From: an uncultured Chloroflexia bacterium
Lineage (GTDB): Bacteria; Chloroflexota; Anaerolineae; Promineifilales; Promineifilaceae
DNA length: 64,000 nt
Assembly: GCA_963715935.1 (NCBI GenBank)
Contig: CAVQSM010000006.1
Span: forward strand, 19,314 to 83,313
Reading direction: 5' to 3'
Below are positions 43,379-53,691 of the stretch, piece after piece. Within the stretch, counting starts at the first letter, position 1. Every line of letters starts with the position of its first letter. The notes under the pieces were generated by a model. The model saw nothing but the letters and a program-made list of their open reading frames with translations, was not told the DNA's origin and did not search any database. A program made the translations under genes and the position numbers.

Positions 43379-44330
43379 ATGACCTCAACCGACACGACGA
43401 CAATGACCAGCAAGCAGACGACACGCACCGTTGACTGGCCCCTCACCCTCTTCTTCGCCCTCGCCTACGCCCTCGCCTGGGGGGTGTTTGGTCTTATGGC
43501 CCTCCTCGCCCGGCAGTCGGGGGTCGACAGCGCCCAGGCGCTGATGGCGATGGGTGACTCCTTCGACTTCGCCGGGGCCGAGCTGAGCGTTTCACCCTGG
43601 GTTGTCTACGGCCTGACCCGCATCGCCGACTTCGCCTTTTCCATCTCCGGCGTCATCATGATTGCCGTCACCGCGGGGCGGGGCGGGCTGCGCGAGCTGT
43701 GGGGCGGCTGACCAAGTGGCGCATTGGCTGGCAATGGTATGCGCTCGGTTTGCTGCCGCTGGCGCTCTATGGCGTGGCGGCCGTCGTCGCCGGGGCGCTG
43801 GGGTCGGCCGACTTCTCCTGGCCGGCCATTCGCACCGCGCTGTTCAGCCTGCAAGCGGGCTTCTTCGTGTCCCTCTTCCTGCGCGGCGCGTTTGGGGAGG
43901 AGCTCGGACTGCGTGGCTTTGCCCTGCCGCGCATGCAGCAGACGATGACGCCATTCCGGGCCAGCCTTATCATCGGCGTGCTGTGGGGCGCGTGGCATCT
44001 GCCGGTGCTCATCGGCCGCGACCCGCTCTCCATCGTCGCCTTCAGCCTGCTGGCGATTGGGCTCAGCTTTGTGTTCACGCTGCTGTTCAACGGCAGCGGC
44101 GGGTCGCTCATCCCGGTGCTGCTGTTCCACGCTGCGCAGAACTGGTAGGAAGGATTCGAGACGCTCTTCCCCGGTCTGGTCGGGACGGATTGGGAGCTGG
44201 TCGTTGACCATCTTGCTGCTGCTGGTGGGTGTTGTGGCGGCGGTGGTCGTCTGGCGGCGCGGAACAACGGGAGAAGTCGTTGTTCCGGCGGCGGCGGCCG
44301 CAGTCAACCGATCGGTTGACGGCCGAATCG
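43379..44330 (+). CDS. CPBP (CAAX/Abi) family intramembrane metalloprotease (frameshifted; 3' end approximate)
   Basis: GEELGLRGFALP, WGAWHLP, VLLFHAAQN motifs. Confidence 0.85.
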
Positions 44331-44408
44331 ACTGGATGTTGCTCCTGTTTCCACCGCCCGATTGGTTACAAAACGTGGCCCAGACCGTATCCTATACCTA
44401 GATATCCG
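44303..44408 (+). promoter_or_regulatory. Promoter with a perfect 18-bp palindrome GTCAACCGATCGGTTGAC
   Basis: Upstream of the membrane-protein/two-component genes; paralogous to 41191-41297. Confidence 0.65.
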
Positions 44409-44459
44409 GTCGGCCAGCCAGCCTGGCCAGAAAAGCATTTAGCACACGAGGAAACAACC

Positions 44460-44816
44460 ATGAGCAACGAATCTTTGAAGAACCCATTCCCCACACGACA
44501 CAATCCGCAAGTTCAGGGCGGCGTGTTCCTTATCCTGATGGGCGGCATTTTCCTGCTGGCCATGAGCGGCGTGACGGTGCTGGGCTTCAGCCCCTGGATC
44601 CTGATGGCTTTCCTGCCCGCGTTCTGGGTGGGGGCGGCGGCCGTCAATGCGTATCGCCACGGGGAGCTGATGACCCGCCACATTCTGACCATGCTGCTGT
44701 TTGGCCTCATGCCGTTCGCCTACATCTTCGGCTCCAGCCTGGGCATCAACCTCGCCGCCATCTGGCCCGTCGGCCTCATTGGGATGGGCCTCATCATTCT
44801 TTTCGCTCGCCGGTAG
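44460..44816 (+). CDS. Small membrane protein (LiaF/LiaI-like TM pattern)
   Basis: GAGG RBS; GGVFLILMGGIFLL...IWPVGLIGMGLIILF; lies upstream of a NarL-type two-component system. Confidence 0.7.
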   Translation: MSNESLKNPFPTRHNPQVQGGVFLILMGGIFLLAMSGVTVLGFSPWILMAFLPAFWVGAAAVNAYRHGELMTRHILTMLLFGLMPFAYIFGSSLGINLAAIWPVGLIGMGLIILFARR

Positions 44817-44926
44817 GCGGACCAGCCAGAGAAAGCGTAGAAACCGGGTTTTTTGAAAAAACCCGGTTTCTACGCTACAACCTTACCCGTGACACACTCG
44901 CAGGCAGCTAACGACACCAAGACACG

Positions 44927-46201
44927 ATGAACACACAAACGCACCAGCAAGCTGACGTTTGGGAGCGCTATAGTTGGCTCTGGGACTTCATCTTCTACAC
45001 CACCTTCATCGGCTCTGTCGCCCTGACCTACTTCGACGACAGCGCCACCGCTCCCTTCTGGCTGACTGCCCTGCTGACAACCGTTCTTCTGCTGTGGCAT
45101 GCAGTGGGCATGGCGCTGATCTACCGCCAGATGACCACCTGGGAAGCGTACGCTGGCGTGCGGTTCCTGATCATCGTCGGCGACGCCCTGCTGTGGATGG
45201 TGCTGGTCAACATATCTCCCGCCTTCTACCTGGCGCTTTTCGGCCTGTTCAGCCAGGTCTTTCGCCATCTGCCCATCCGCTATGCGGCCGTTGCCATCCT
45301 GCTGCTGACGGTGGGGATCATCAGCGAACAGGTGGCCGACAGCGCCAACCCGCTCAGCCTGACCGATCCGCTGTTGTGGCTGTTCGGCTTCATTGGGCTG
45401 GCCACGATTCTGCTCGGCCTCTGGGTGTCGGCCATCATCGGCCAGAGCACCCGGCGGCGCGAGCTGATCGAAGAACTGGAGGCGACGCAGGCGGAGCTGG
45501 CGGCGGCCGAACGGCGCGAGGGCACGCTCGAAGAACGGCAGCGGTTGGCGCGGGAGATCCACGACACGCTGGCCCAGGGGTTCACCAGCATCGTGCTCCA
45601 TCTGGAAGCGGCCGATCAGGCGCTGCCCGACGATCTGGAGAGCTTGCAGCGCCATCTGGACCAGGCCCGCGCCACCGCCCGCGAGAGTCTGGACCAGGCG
45701 CGGCGGGTCGTCCAGGATTTGCGGCCCGACCTGCTGGAGCAGCAGTCGTTGCCCGACGCCATTGAGCGGACGGCCGCCCGCTTCCAGGCGGAGAGCGGCC
45801 TGCGCGTGGGCAGCCAGACGACCGGTACGCCCGTCCCGCTGCACCCGGAGATCGAGGTGACGCTGCTGCGGGCGACGCAGGAAGCGCTTAACAACGTGCG
45901 CAAGCACGCCCAGGCGACGGCCGTCCAGGTGACACTCTCCTACATGGGCGACACGCTCATTCTCGACGTGCAGGATGACGGCGTGGGGTTGGCCGGGGCT
46001 GCGCCGTCGCCGTTTGCCGGTGGCTACGGCCTGCAGGCGATGGAAGAGCGCGTCCAGCAGTGCGGCGGCGAGGTCATGATTGAGAGCGAGCCGGGCGAGG
46101 GCACGACCGTCGTCGTCACCATTCCTCTGGCCGGCGGGGTGATGGCACAGCAGGAAGCCGGGGCCGCAGCGGCCGTTGAGCAAGCGGAGCAAGGACAATG
46201 A
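44927..46201 (+). CDS. Sensor histidine kinase (HisKA_3)
   Basis: TM region, ERQRLAREIHDTLAQG, QEALNNVRKHA, DDGVG, GYGL. Confidence 0.95.
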   Translation: MNTQTHQQADVWERYSWLWDFIFYTTFIGSVALTYFDDSATAPFWLTALLTTVLLLWHAVGMALIYRQMTTWEAYAGVRFLIIVGDALLWMVLVNISPAFYLALFGLFSQVFRHLPIRYAAVAILLLTVGIISEQVADSANPLSLTDPLLWLFGFIGLATILLGLWVSAIIGQSTRRRELIEELEATQAELAAAERREGTLEERQRLAREIHDTLAQGFTSIVLHLEAADQALPDDLESLQRHLDQARATARESLDQARRVVQDLRPDLLEQQSLPDAIERTAARFQAESGLRVGSQTTGTPVPLHPEIEVTLLRATQEALNNVRKHAQATAVQVTLSYMGDTLILDVQDDGVGLAGAAPSPFAGGYGLQAMEERVQQCGGEVMIESEPGEGTTVVVTIPLAGGVMAQQEAGAAAAVEQAEQGQ

Positions 46202-46836
46202 GCGAGACCGACATCATACGTATTCTAATTACCGACGACCATCCCGTCGTGCGCGAAGGGTTGGCGGGTATGCTGGAAGGGCAGCCGGACTTCGACGTGG
46301 TGGGCGTGGCCGAAGACGGGAACGCGGCCGTCCGGCTGCATGAGTCGCTGGCCCCGGACGTGACCCTGATGGATTTACGCATGCCGGGACTGGATGGGGT
46401 GGGGGCGATTCAGGCGATTCGCGCCCAACAGCCCGCCGCCCGGATTCTGGTGCTGACCACCTACGACTCCGACGCCGACATTGTGCGCGCGGTGGAAGCG
46501 GGGGCGACCGGCTATTTGCTGAAGGACACACCCCGCGATGAGCTGTTCCGGGGCATCCGCGCCGCCGCCGCCGGGCAGTCGGTGCTGGCCCCGACCGTCG
46601 CCGCCCGGCTGATGAGCCGCATGGGCGCGCCCGCCGAAGACAACCTCAGCGCCCGCGAAATCGAGGTGCTGGAGTTGGTGGCCAAAGGCAACAGCAACAA
46701 GGAGATCGGCAAGGCGCTCCACATCTCCACCGCCACCGTGAAGACCCACCTCATCCACATCTACAGCAAGCTCGGCGTGGCCGACCGCACATCGGCGGTG
46801 ACGACGGCGCTGGAGCGGGGGATTATTACGTTGTAG
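46198..46836 (+). CDS. NarL/LuxR-family response regulator
   Basis: TDDHPVVREG, LMDLRMP, YLLKD, LSAREIEVL...TVKTHL HTH; ATGA overlap with the kinase. Confidence 0.96.
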   Translation: MSETDIIRILITDDHPVVREGLAGMLEGQPDFDVVGVAEDGNAAVRLHESLAPDVTLMDLRMPGLDGVGAIQAIRAQQPAARILVLTTYDSDADIVRAVEAGATGYLLKDTPRDELFRGIRAAAAGQSVLAPTVAARLMSRMGAPAEDNLSAREIEVLELVAKGNSNKEIGKALHISTATVKTHLIHIYSKLGVADRTSAVTTALERGIITL

Positions 46837-46838
46837 GG
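46771..46838 (+). repeat. Direct repeat D, copy 1 (3' end of the response regulator gene)
   Basis: 68 bp; 3 mismatches to 48662-48729. Confidence 0.95.
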
Positions 46839-46847
46839 CGGGTGGAA

Positions 46848-47551
46848 TCAGTCGAAAAGCGAGCTTTGTTTGTAGCCTGGATCGGTGGACTGCGTGCCAA
46901 ACGCGACGCGCAGGAAATCGTCGGGCGACTGGAGTGCCTCATCCAGCAGGTCCGACTTTCTGCAAGCCGACGTAAAGCGCAGCAGATCGCGCCTGGCAAT
47001 TCAACGACTTCTTGGGATTGAACTCGATATCGGTGAACCCGTCGTAGGTCTAGGATAGTCTGCAAGCTCCTCCGGGTATTGCTCAGTATTCTGGTGCAGC
47101 GCGGTCAGGTAGAGCCAGTCGTAGAATGCCGTCGTCGGGTCGAGTGCCCACCTTCTTCCCATCCATTCGAATCCAATCAAGGTACCAGAGTCGCGGAGGC
47201 GTGGGTTGCGTTTGGCGTCTCGCGGCTGCCGCTGATACAGATCGGTAAAGGGGCCGCCGCGCTCAAAGACCTTGCTCCCCTGAAACGCAACTTCGACCGG
47301 GATGCGACCAAGATCGCCGGCTTCGATTGTCAGGTTAAAGGCGCTCAGCTGGACACCCAGTCGCTCAGGGGACTTGCTGGAGATTTCCAGAGGGTGGTCA
47401 ATCTCCGACTCGCGGGCGACTTCGTGTAGTGAATGGATGGAGCGCTGCTTCTGCTGCACAGAGAAGCCGGGGTGCCAGTGGAAGTCGGCGCTCATCACCT
47501 GGCGACGAAAGGTGTGGCCAAATGGGGTTGGAAAAGTGGGCGACTAGCCAT
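46848..47551 (-). CDS. DarT1-associated NADAR-family antitoxin (frameshifted)
   Basis: MASRPLF start; WHPGFSVQQKQRSI, LEISSKS, LSAFNL, FQGSKVFERGGP, FYDWLY, FTDIEFNPKKSLNCQARSAA. Confidence 0.88.
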
Positions 47552-47619
47552 TGAAAGTCATCAGTCTCCTGACTAACCCTAGCTGTAGATCCTACTGCGC
47601 GGAGAAACGTGTCTTGGTG

Positions 47620-48499
47620 CTAACGGCGCTTGAAGTGACTTCGACATACACCATATAGATTCGGGCCCCACATTTCGATAAACTGCTTATCTAGTTCTTG
47701 TTCTTTAAGGAATACCCTAGATATGTATCGCGGAGCAACCCTGTCAAATACAAGTACCTCAGCCTGCGGATCGGTGGTCCAATGCATCTTCATCCCGCGC
47801 ATTTTGTTTCGCTGCAGCCGGCCAGCATTTCCAAACATACTACGCAACGCCGCAATAGTTTTCAGCTGCGTAAGCTGAATGGTCTGAAAACAGTGATTTG
47901 CGGCATTCGTATAGTAGAATGCGCAGTCGAGTTCCCACAAGACAGCCGGGTCGATTTGGAGGACCGCCCAAGGTCCCGAGTATGCCAAGCTGCTGACGCT
48001 TCCGACTGAACATCCTGTGATTTGGAAAGCTGATCGACAAGCAACTTGCATCACTATGGCCGTCGAAACGGAACTTGTCTGTTTGGTTATATGCTATCTT
48101 CATCCAATCCATTGCGGCACGTCAAGTTAGCCCATGCTTCAGGATACTCGTCACATCGATCGCTTGGGTAAAATGAACCAGATGTCTCACCCCTCTTGAT
48201 TCCACGAAAGCTTTGATCTGCTGCTGGCGCTCGTTCAACTGCGTGTCGGAAGTTAAACCTTCATGGTTACGTTTCTGCTCTGGGACCAGCGCCGCAGGAA
48301 TAGTTTTGCGAGTTGTCGATTCCTTTTGCCCGCGTAGACGCGATAGCAACGCTTGTTCTGAGTGCTCAAGTTGCGCTTCCAGCTTAGGTCGGGGCTTGAT
48401 TAGATCGTGATGGATGCGCCGCATCACAGCACTGTCACCTCTTATTTCGCTAAGTCGATACTGGTTGATTAGAACTTTTAGATCGCGCGTAGAATCCAT
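47620..48499 (-). CDS. darT: DarT ssDNA ADP-ribosyltransferase toxin (frameshifted)
   Basis: LVHFT...SILKHGL, D..RFDG...CLSISFPN, FYYTNAA, TTDPQAEVLV (catalytic Glu); adjacent to the NADAR gene; A/T-rich. Confidence 0.88.
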
Positions 48500-48661
48500 C
48501 CTATCTTAAGTCACACTATTCCGCACATGCACGCTGAAACCTAGTATCAATGCTACCACTCTATCCTTAGAATCAGTCTTAAGATGGCCGAAAGCTATTT
48601 TTGATGGGTGAAGCGCGACTGCCAATTGTGTGGTCAATGACTGGCAAAGGAGTGTTGCAGT

Positions 48662-48729
48662 CTAGGCGTCGCCGACCGCACGTCGGCGGTGACGACGGCG
48701 CTGGAGCGGGGGATTATTACGTTGTAGGG
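48662..48729 (+). repeat. Direct repeat D, orphan copy of the response regulator 3' end
   Basis: Encodes LGVADRTSAVTTALERGIITL*, identical in protein to the gene end. Confidence 0.95.
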
Positions 48730-48751
48730 TGGGGGGTGTTGCTCGGTGGCT

Positions 48752-48787
48752 TAGACCTCAGAGGTCTTCTGGAAACCTCTGAGGTCT
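48752..48787. repeat. REP-like palindrome
   Basis: AGACCTCAGAGGTCTT-CTGG-AAACCTCTGAGGTCT. Confidence 0.7.
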
Positions 48788-49032
48788 GCCTGGGCGAGCC
48801 GCCGAACGGAGCGGCCGTTGTGGGGCGATAGGGGATGTTCATATCGTCTATCTCAGCCCGCGAAAGCAACCCTTGTATAAGGATATTGGCCGCGTCACTT
48901 GCTTGACCCGCGTTGACCAGCAGGCTGATAATACCATCGTTAAGCGTTCGATAAATCGGTGTTTCCAGAGTTTTCCACATTCAGCATTGCTGCCTTCACC
49001 CAAAGACAAAAGTGACCGACAGGAGATTTGAG

Positions 49033-51402
49033 ATGACAGAGAAAAAGACGTTAGCCGAACGGTATACCGAACAGGTATTTAAGGGGAAAGTCGAACTTGA
49101 TGTTCGCGACTCAGTAGCCGACTGGGGACCATACATGCCCCCGATGGCCCCCAAAGACGCACCGAGCGTCCTCTTCATTCTGTACGATGATACGGGGTTG
49201 GCGGCATGGTCACCCTACGGGGGCGGGATCAATATGCCGGCAGCACAGAAGCTGGCTGATCGCGGTCTCATTTATACGCAGTGGCACACGACCGCTTTGT
49301 GTTCACCGACCCGGTCCACCTGCTTGACCGGCCGTAACCACCACCTCAACGGCTTCGCCAGTATCGCTGAGGGTACCAACGGCTTCCCCGGCCAGCACGG
49401 CCGGATACCCGACCAGTGCGCCACGGTCTCCCACATCCTCCAGGATGCCGGTTGGAGCACGTTCTGGTTGGGCAAGAACCACAACGTGCCCGAGCAGGAC
49501 AATGCCCCCGGCGGGTACCGGGCCACGTGGCCCTTGCAGCAGGGCTTCGATCGTTACTACGGGTTCCTGGGTGGCGAGACCAACAATTGGTATCCGGATC
49601 TTGTCGAAGACAACCATTACATCGACCAGCCGTACATGCCCGAGGATGGCTACCATCTGTCCAAGGATCTGGCCGACCAGGCCATCCGCATGATCCGCGA
49701 TCAGAAGGCCAGCAACCCCTCGAAGCCGTGGTACATGTGGTTTTGCCCCGGTGCGAACCATGCCCCCCACCACTGCCCCCAGGAGTACATCGACAAGTAC
49801 AAGGGCAAGTTCGACGACGGGTACGAAGCGTACCGGGAGTGGGTGCTCGCGCGCATGATCGAGAAGGGCGTCATGCCCGAGGATACGAAGCTCACGCCGA
49901 TCAACCCGATGCCGGACGACCAGGCGGTCCCCGCGGATTACGTCAAGCCGTGGGACACGTTGAGCGACGACGAGAAGAAACTTTTCTCACGCATGGCTGA
50001 GGTGTTCGCAGGTTTCTCGGAGTACACCGATGCCCAGGTCGGGCGCCTCATCGACTATCTGGAGGAGTCCGGTCAGTTGGACAATACCCTCGTGCTCTAC
50101 GCCGCCGATAACGGCACATCGGGCGAAGGCTCGCCGAACGGCTCGGTCAACGAGAACAAGTTCTTCAACGGGTTCCCGGATACGCTTGCGGACAACATGA
50201 AGCTGTACGACAAGCTCGGTTCACCGGATACGTACAACCACTTCCCGACCGGCTGGGCAGCCGCATTCTCGACGCCGTTCAAGATGTTCAAGCGGTACTC
50301 GGAGTATTCCGGCGGGACCTGTGACCCGATGATTATCTCGTGGCCAAAGGGTATCAAGGCACGCGGGGAGGTCCGGCATCAGTACCACCACTCCACCGAC
50401 ATTGTGCCGACCATCCTCGATGTCTGTGGATTGAAGATGCCCGACTCCTATCGCGGCGTGGAGCAGTACCCGCTGTCGGGTGTTTCGATGAGGTACAGCT
50501 TCGACGCCGACCCGGACGGGCCGACCCAGAAGAAACGTCAGTACTTCGCGATGCTCGGTACGCGCGGCATTTGGGAGGACGGCTGGAGAGCCGCCGCCGT
50601 CCATGCGCCTATCTCTGGCCATGGGCATTTCGACGAGGACAGGTGGGAGCTTTACCATGTTGACGCGGATCGCTCCGAATCCACGGACCTCGCCGACAAG
50701 TACCCGGAGAAGCTCGAGCACCTGAAGCAGGTGTGGATGGACGAGGCCAAGAAGAACCTCGTGCTTCCCCTCGACGATCGCACCGCAACGGAGGTCCTCG
50801 CCGGCATCGAGCGGCCTTCCTCCGAGCCGCCCCGGGAGCGGTACGTCTACTACCCGGACACGACGGCCGTCCCTGAAGGCGTCGCTGCCAACGTCCGGGG
50901 GCGCTCCTACAAGATCCTGGCCGATGTCGAGGTCAGCGATAGCACCTCAGGCGTCCTCTTCGCCCACGGTTCCCGCTTTGGCGGGCACTCGCTCTTCATC
51001 AAGGACAAGAAGCTGTACTACGTGTACAACTTCCTGGGCATCCCGCCGGAGCAGAAGTTCGTCTCCAGTGAGGAGCTGGCGCCGGGCAACTATACGCTTG
51101 GCGTGGAGTTTACCCGGGAGAAGGCTGGCCAGTACGGCGAGTCGCACGGCACAACCAAGCTGTATATCAACGACAAGGTCGTCGCCGAGGGCCCCATGCG
51201 GGCCCAGGTCGGCAAGTTCACCCTGTGTGGTGACGGCCTGTGCGTCGGGCGCGACAGCGCGGACGCCGTCGCCGCGGAGTACACGCCCGAGACCCAGGGC
51301 AAATTCACCGGCGGCACCATCAAGTTCGTGGAGGTGTCGGTGGAGAAGGAGCAGTACCGCGACCTCGAAAGAGAGATGGCTGCGGCGTTCGCGGTTGATT
51401 AA
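49033..51402 (+). CDS. Arylsulfatase (Cys-type)
   Basis: AGGAG RBS; ILYDDTG, CSPTRSTCLTGR signature, LGKNH, AADNG; C-terminal LamG-like region. Confidence 0.95.
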   Translation: MTEKKTLAERYTEQVFKGKVELDVRDSVADWGPYMPPMAPKDAPSVLFILYDDTGLAAWSPYGGGINMPAAQKLADRGLIYTQWHTTALCSPTRSTCLTGRNHHLNGFASIAEGTNGFPGQHGRIPDQCATVSHILQDAGWSTFWLGKNHNVPEQDNAPGGYRATWPLQQGFDRYYGFLGGETNNWYPDLVEDNHYIDQPYMPEDGYHLSKDLADQAIRMIRDQKASNPSKPWYMWFCPGANHAPHHCPQEYIDKYKGKFDDGYEAYREWVLARMIEKGVMPEDTKLTPINPMPDDQAVPADYVKPWDTLSDDEKKLFSRMAEVFAGFSEYTDAQVGRLIDYLEESGQLDNTLVLYAADNGTSGEGSPNGSVNENKFFNGFPDTLADNMKLYDKLGSPDTYNHFPTGWAAAFSTPFKMFKRYSEYSGGTCDPMIISWPKGIKARGEVRHQYHHSTDIVPTILDVCGLKMPDSYRGVEQYPLSGVSMRYSFDADPDGPTQKKRQYFAMLGTRGIWEDGWRAAAVHAPISGHGHFDEDRWELYHVDADRSESTDLADKYPEKLEHLKQVWMDEAKKNLVLPLDDRTATEVLAGIERPSSEPPRERYVYYPDTTAVPEGVAANVRGRSYKILADVEVSDSTSGVLFAHGSRFGGHSLFIKDKKLYYVYNFLGIPPEQKFVSSEELAPGNYTLGVEFTREKAGQYGESHGTTKLYINDKVVAEGPMRAQVGKFTLCGDGLCVGRDSADAVAAEYTPETQGKFTGGTIKFVEVSVEKEQYRDLEREMAAAFAVD

Positions 51403-51448
51403 GCGTCGAGCCTGTTCGCTTCTGACCTTTTGCGAATAAGACAAACAG

Positions 51449-51483
51449 AAAAGCGCCGGTCGAGCTCATTCGACCGGCGCTTG
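51449..51483. terminator. Bidirectional hairpin terminator
   Basis: AAGCGCCGGTCGA-loop-TCGACCGGCGCTT between convergent genes. Confidence 0.75.
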
Positions 51484-51520
51484 GTCCAGACCGCCTGCAT
51501 GCGGCAGGCTATTCAAGTAG

Positions 51521-52441
51521 CTAGCGCGAAACCTTGACTACCTCATATGGCGTGCCTTCGGGCGATGTGCCGAACTTGGCGTTGACCGCGTAGAGCGAGC
51601 TGCCGAACGGGGCGGCCGTTGTGGGGACGGCGAACGCGGGGCTGGTGATCGGCTCGCCTACCGTGCCGCTGGACAGATCCGGCGAAAGGGTGACGACACC
51701 GATCTGGTTCAACTGATTCTGCACGACGTAGAGCGTCCGGCCCAGCAGCACCAGGCCGTCGCCGTTGGGCAGCGATTCGCCGTCCAGGTCGATCTCGCTC
51801 GCCACACCGGTTTGCGGGTTCACAGCAAAGACCGCTGCGTCGCCGCTGCTGACAATGACCAACGTCTTGCCGTTGGCGGAAGCCTCGATGCCATTGGCGC
51901 CAAAGCCTGACGGCTGGGACCAATCGCCCGTCAACTCAACCGATTGCACGTCCGCCGGGTCGGGCAGCTCCCCGCGCGAGCCAAGCGGAACCACGTAGAA
52001 ATAAGGGGCGAACGAATTGGTAAAGTAGGCCGCCTCTCTGGTCACCACCACATCATTGATGAAGTTGTTGGGCCCGCTGGTCATCTCGTACTCGGCCAGC
52101 ATGTCGCCGGTCTGCGTGTCGTAGACGCGACCGACTCCGGCCGGGCCACCTCCAACGAACAGGTATCGGCTGCGCGGGTCGAAGCTCATGCCGACGGCCG
52201 GCACGCCCGGCGTGCCTTCAGCCAGCAGCTCTACCTCACCGGTGCGCAGGTTGCCCTGGACGATATCGCCATTGGCCAACGACCCGGCATAGAAGGTCTG
52301 GTTGACGCCAATCTCGATACCCTCGCCCGCGAAGCCGGTCGGCAGGGCGATCTCATCGGGAAAGACAGGTTGGGCCAGCGCGGGGATGGCCAGCGCCAGC
52401 AACATAAGCAGAGTAATTCCAGTAATCGTTATGCGTTTCAT
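51521..52441 (-). CDS. Secreted SMP-30/gluconolactonase-like beta-propeller protein
   Basis: AAGGAG RBS; signal peptide ending ALA; GEGI, FINDV, ANGI, NGDGL motifs. Confidence 0.8.
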   Translation of the reverse strand: MKRITITGITLLMLLALAIPALAQPVFPDEIALPTGFAGEGIEIGVNQTFYAGSLANGDIVQGNLRTGEVELLAEGTPGVPAVGMSFDPRSRYLFVGGGPAGVGRVYDTQTGDMLAEYEMTSGPNNFINDVVVTREAAYFTNSFAPYFYVVPLGSRGELPDPADVQSVELTGDWSQPSGFGANGIEASANGKTLVIVSSGDAAVFAVNPQTGVASEIDLDGESLPNGDGLVLLGRTLYVVQNQLNQIGVVTLSPDLSSGTVGEPITSPAFAVPTTAAPFGSSLYAVNAKFGTSPEGTPYEVVKVSR

Positions 52442-52713
52442 TCGATTCTCCTTGTTCGGGGCTGGGCGGGCGGCCGTCCTGAGGTGTCGGGCGGTTCGCG
52501 CCAGCCAGTGACTTCTACATGCATTGTAGGAAACTGCGCGGCGATCCGGGCCCATTGCCATGAAACGCTCACCCCGCCACACAATACCCGTCTGGCGAAC
52601 CATCTGTTATGATTGCCAGATTGACGCGTCCGGGACAGACGGAGATGTTGTCCTGTGGACGTCTGTCGGGCGATGCCTCGCACAGATGAGGCTGGGCCAG
52701 TTCCAAACTCACC

Positions 52714-53685
52714 ATGACTCTGATCGCCGCGGGCACTGTCCTGCTTATCCTGCTAATCGTATTTCTTGTCCTGGGCTTGCTGCCCTGGTCGGATGAAGGG
52801 TTGGCGGCCGTGCCGGACCCGGCCCCTACTTATGACGAAGCAGTCGCCCGCTTTCGAGCCATTGAGCTGGCGGAGCAAGGCAAGGTTAAGGACGTGGCCC
52901 GCTCCCGCCTGCTGACCCACGGCAAGCCAACCCCAACGGTCTACGTGATGGTCCACGGCCTGACCAACTCGCCGCTGCAATGGCAGGAGTTGGGCAGAAC
53001 GCTGTTCGAAAAAGGACACAACGTGCTGATCAACCGGATGCCCTACCACGGTCTGCCGAGTGGCAAAGTCAGCGAACTCAGGCGTCTGACCAGCTGCGAC
53101 CTGCGCGCTTATGCGGATGAGACGATCGACATGGCGGCGGGGCTGGGGGATGAGATCGTCGTCGTGGGCATTTCGGGCGGCGGAACGGTCGCGGCATGGA
53201 TGGCCCAGCAACGGGCCGAGGTGGACAGGGCGGTCCTGCTCGCGCCCTTCTTCGGCCTGATAGGGGTGCCGCCGTCGTTCAACAACTTCCTGGTCAGCGC
53301 CTTCAGCCGTGTGCCGAACTTCAGTCCGTTCGATCCGCTGGAGCCGAAGAAGGCCTGGGGGTACCGGGGCGAGGCGTCGCGGGCCGTGGCCAATTCGCTT
53401 ATGCTGGGCCTGTACGTCGGCGGACAAGCTGATGCAGGAACGGTTCCTCGCGGAGAGGTGATCGTTATCACGACGGCCGTCGACAACACGACGAGCAACA
53501 GCGCCATTGCGACCATGCTGGCTCGCTGGCAGGCGGGCGGAACGCCCATCACCACGTTCGAGTTTGCCGCCGACCAGGAGATGCCTCATAACAGCGTCGA
53601 CCCGGCGGCCGATCCGGCGAAGAAGCAGCAGCTGTATGAGGTGATGCTCAGGCTGCTTGGGGAGCCCGACGCCGCCCGCGAATAG
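52714..53685 (+). CDS. Membrane-anchored alpha/beta hydrolase
   Basis: N-terminal TM segment; HGLTNSP, GISGG nucleophile motif, C-terminal PH. Confidence 0.85.
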   Translation: MTLIAAGTVLLILLIVFLVLGLLPWSDEGLAAVPDPAPTYDEAVARFRAIELAEQGKVKDVARSRLLTHGKPTPTVYVMVHGLTNSPLQWQELGRTLFEKGHNVLINRMPYHGLPSGKVSELRRLTSCDLRAYADETIDMAAGLGDEIVVVGISGGGTVAAWMAQQRAEVDRAVLLAPFFGLIGVPPSFNNFLVSAFSRVPNFSPFDPLEPKKAWGYRGEASRAVANSLMLGLYVGGQADAGTVPRGEVIVITTAVDNTTSNSAIATMLARWQAGGTPITTFEFAADQEMPHNSVDPAADPAKKQQLYEVMLRLLGEPDAARE

Positions 53686-53691
53686 GCGCCG

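Noticed and set aside
48717-48980. 87-aa minus-strand ORF upstream of the arylsulfatase
   Set aside because: No RBS or recognisable motif, and it runs through a REP-like palindrome and the orphan tail.
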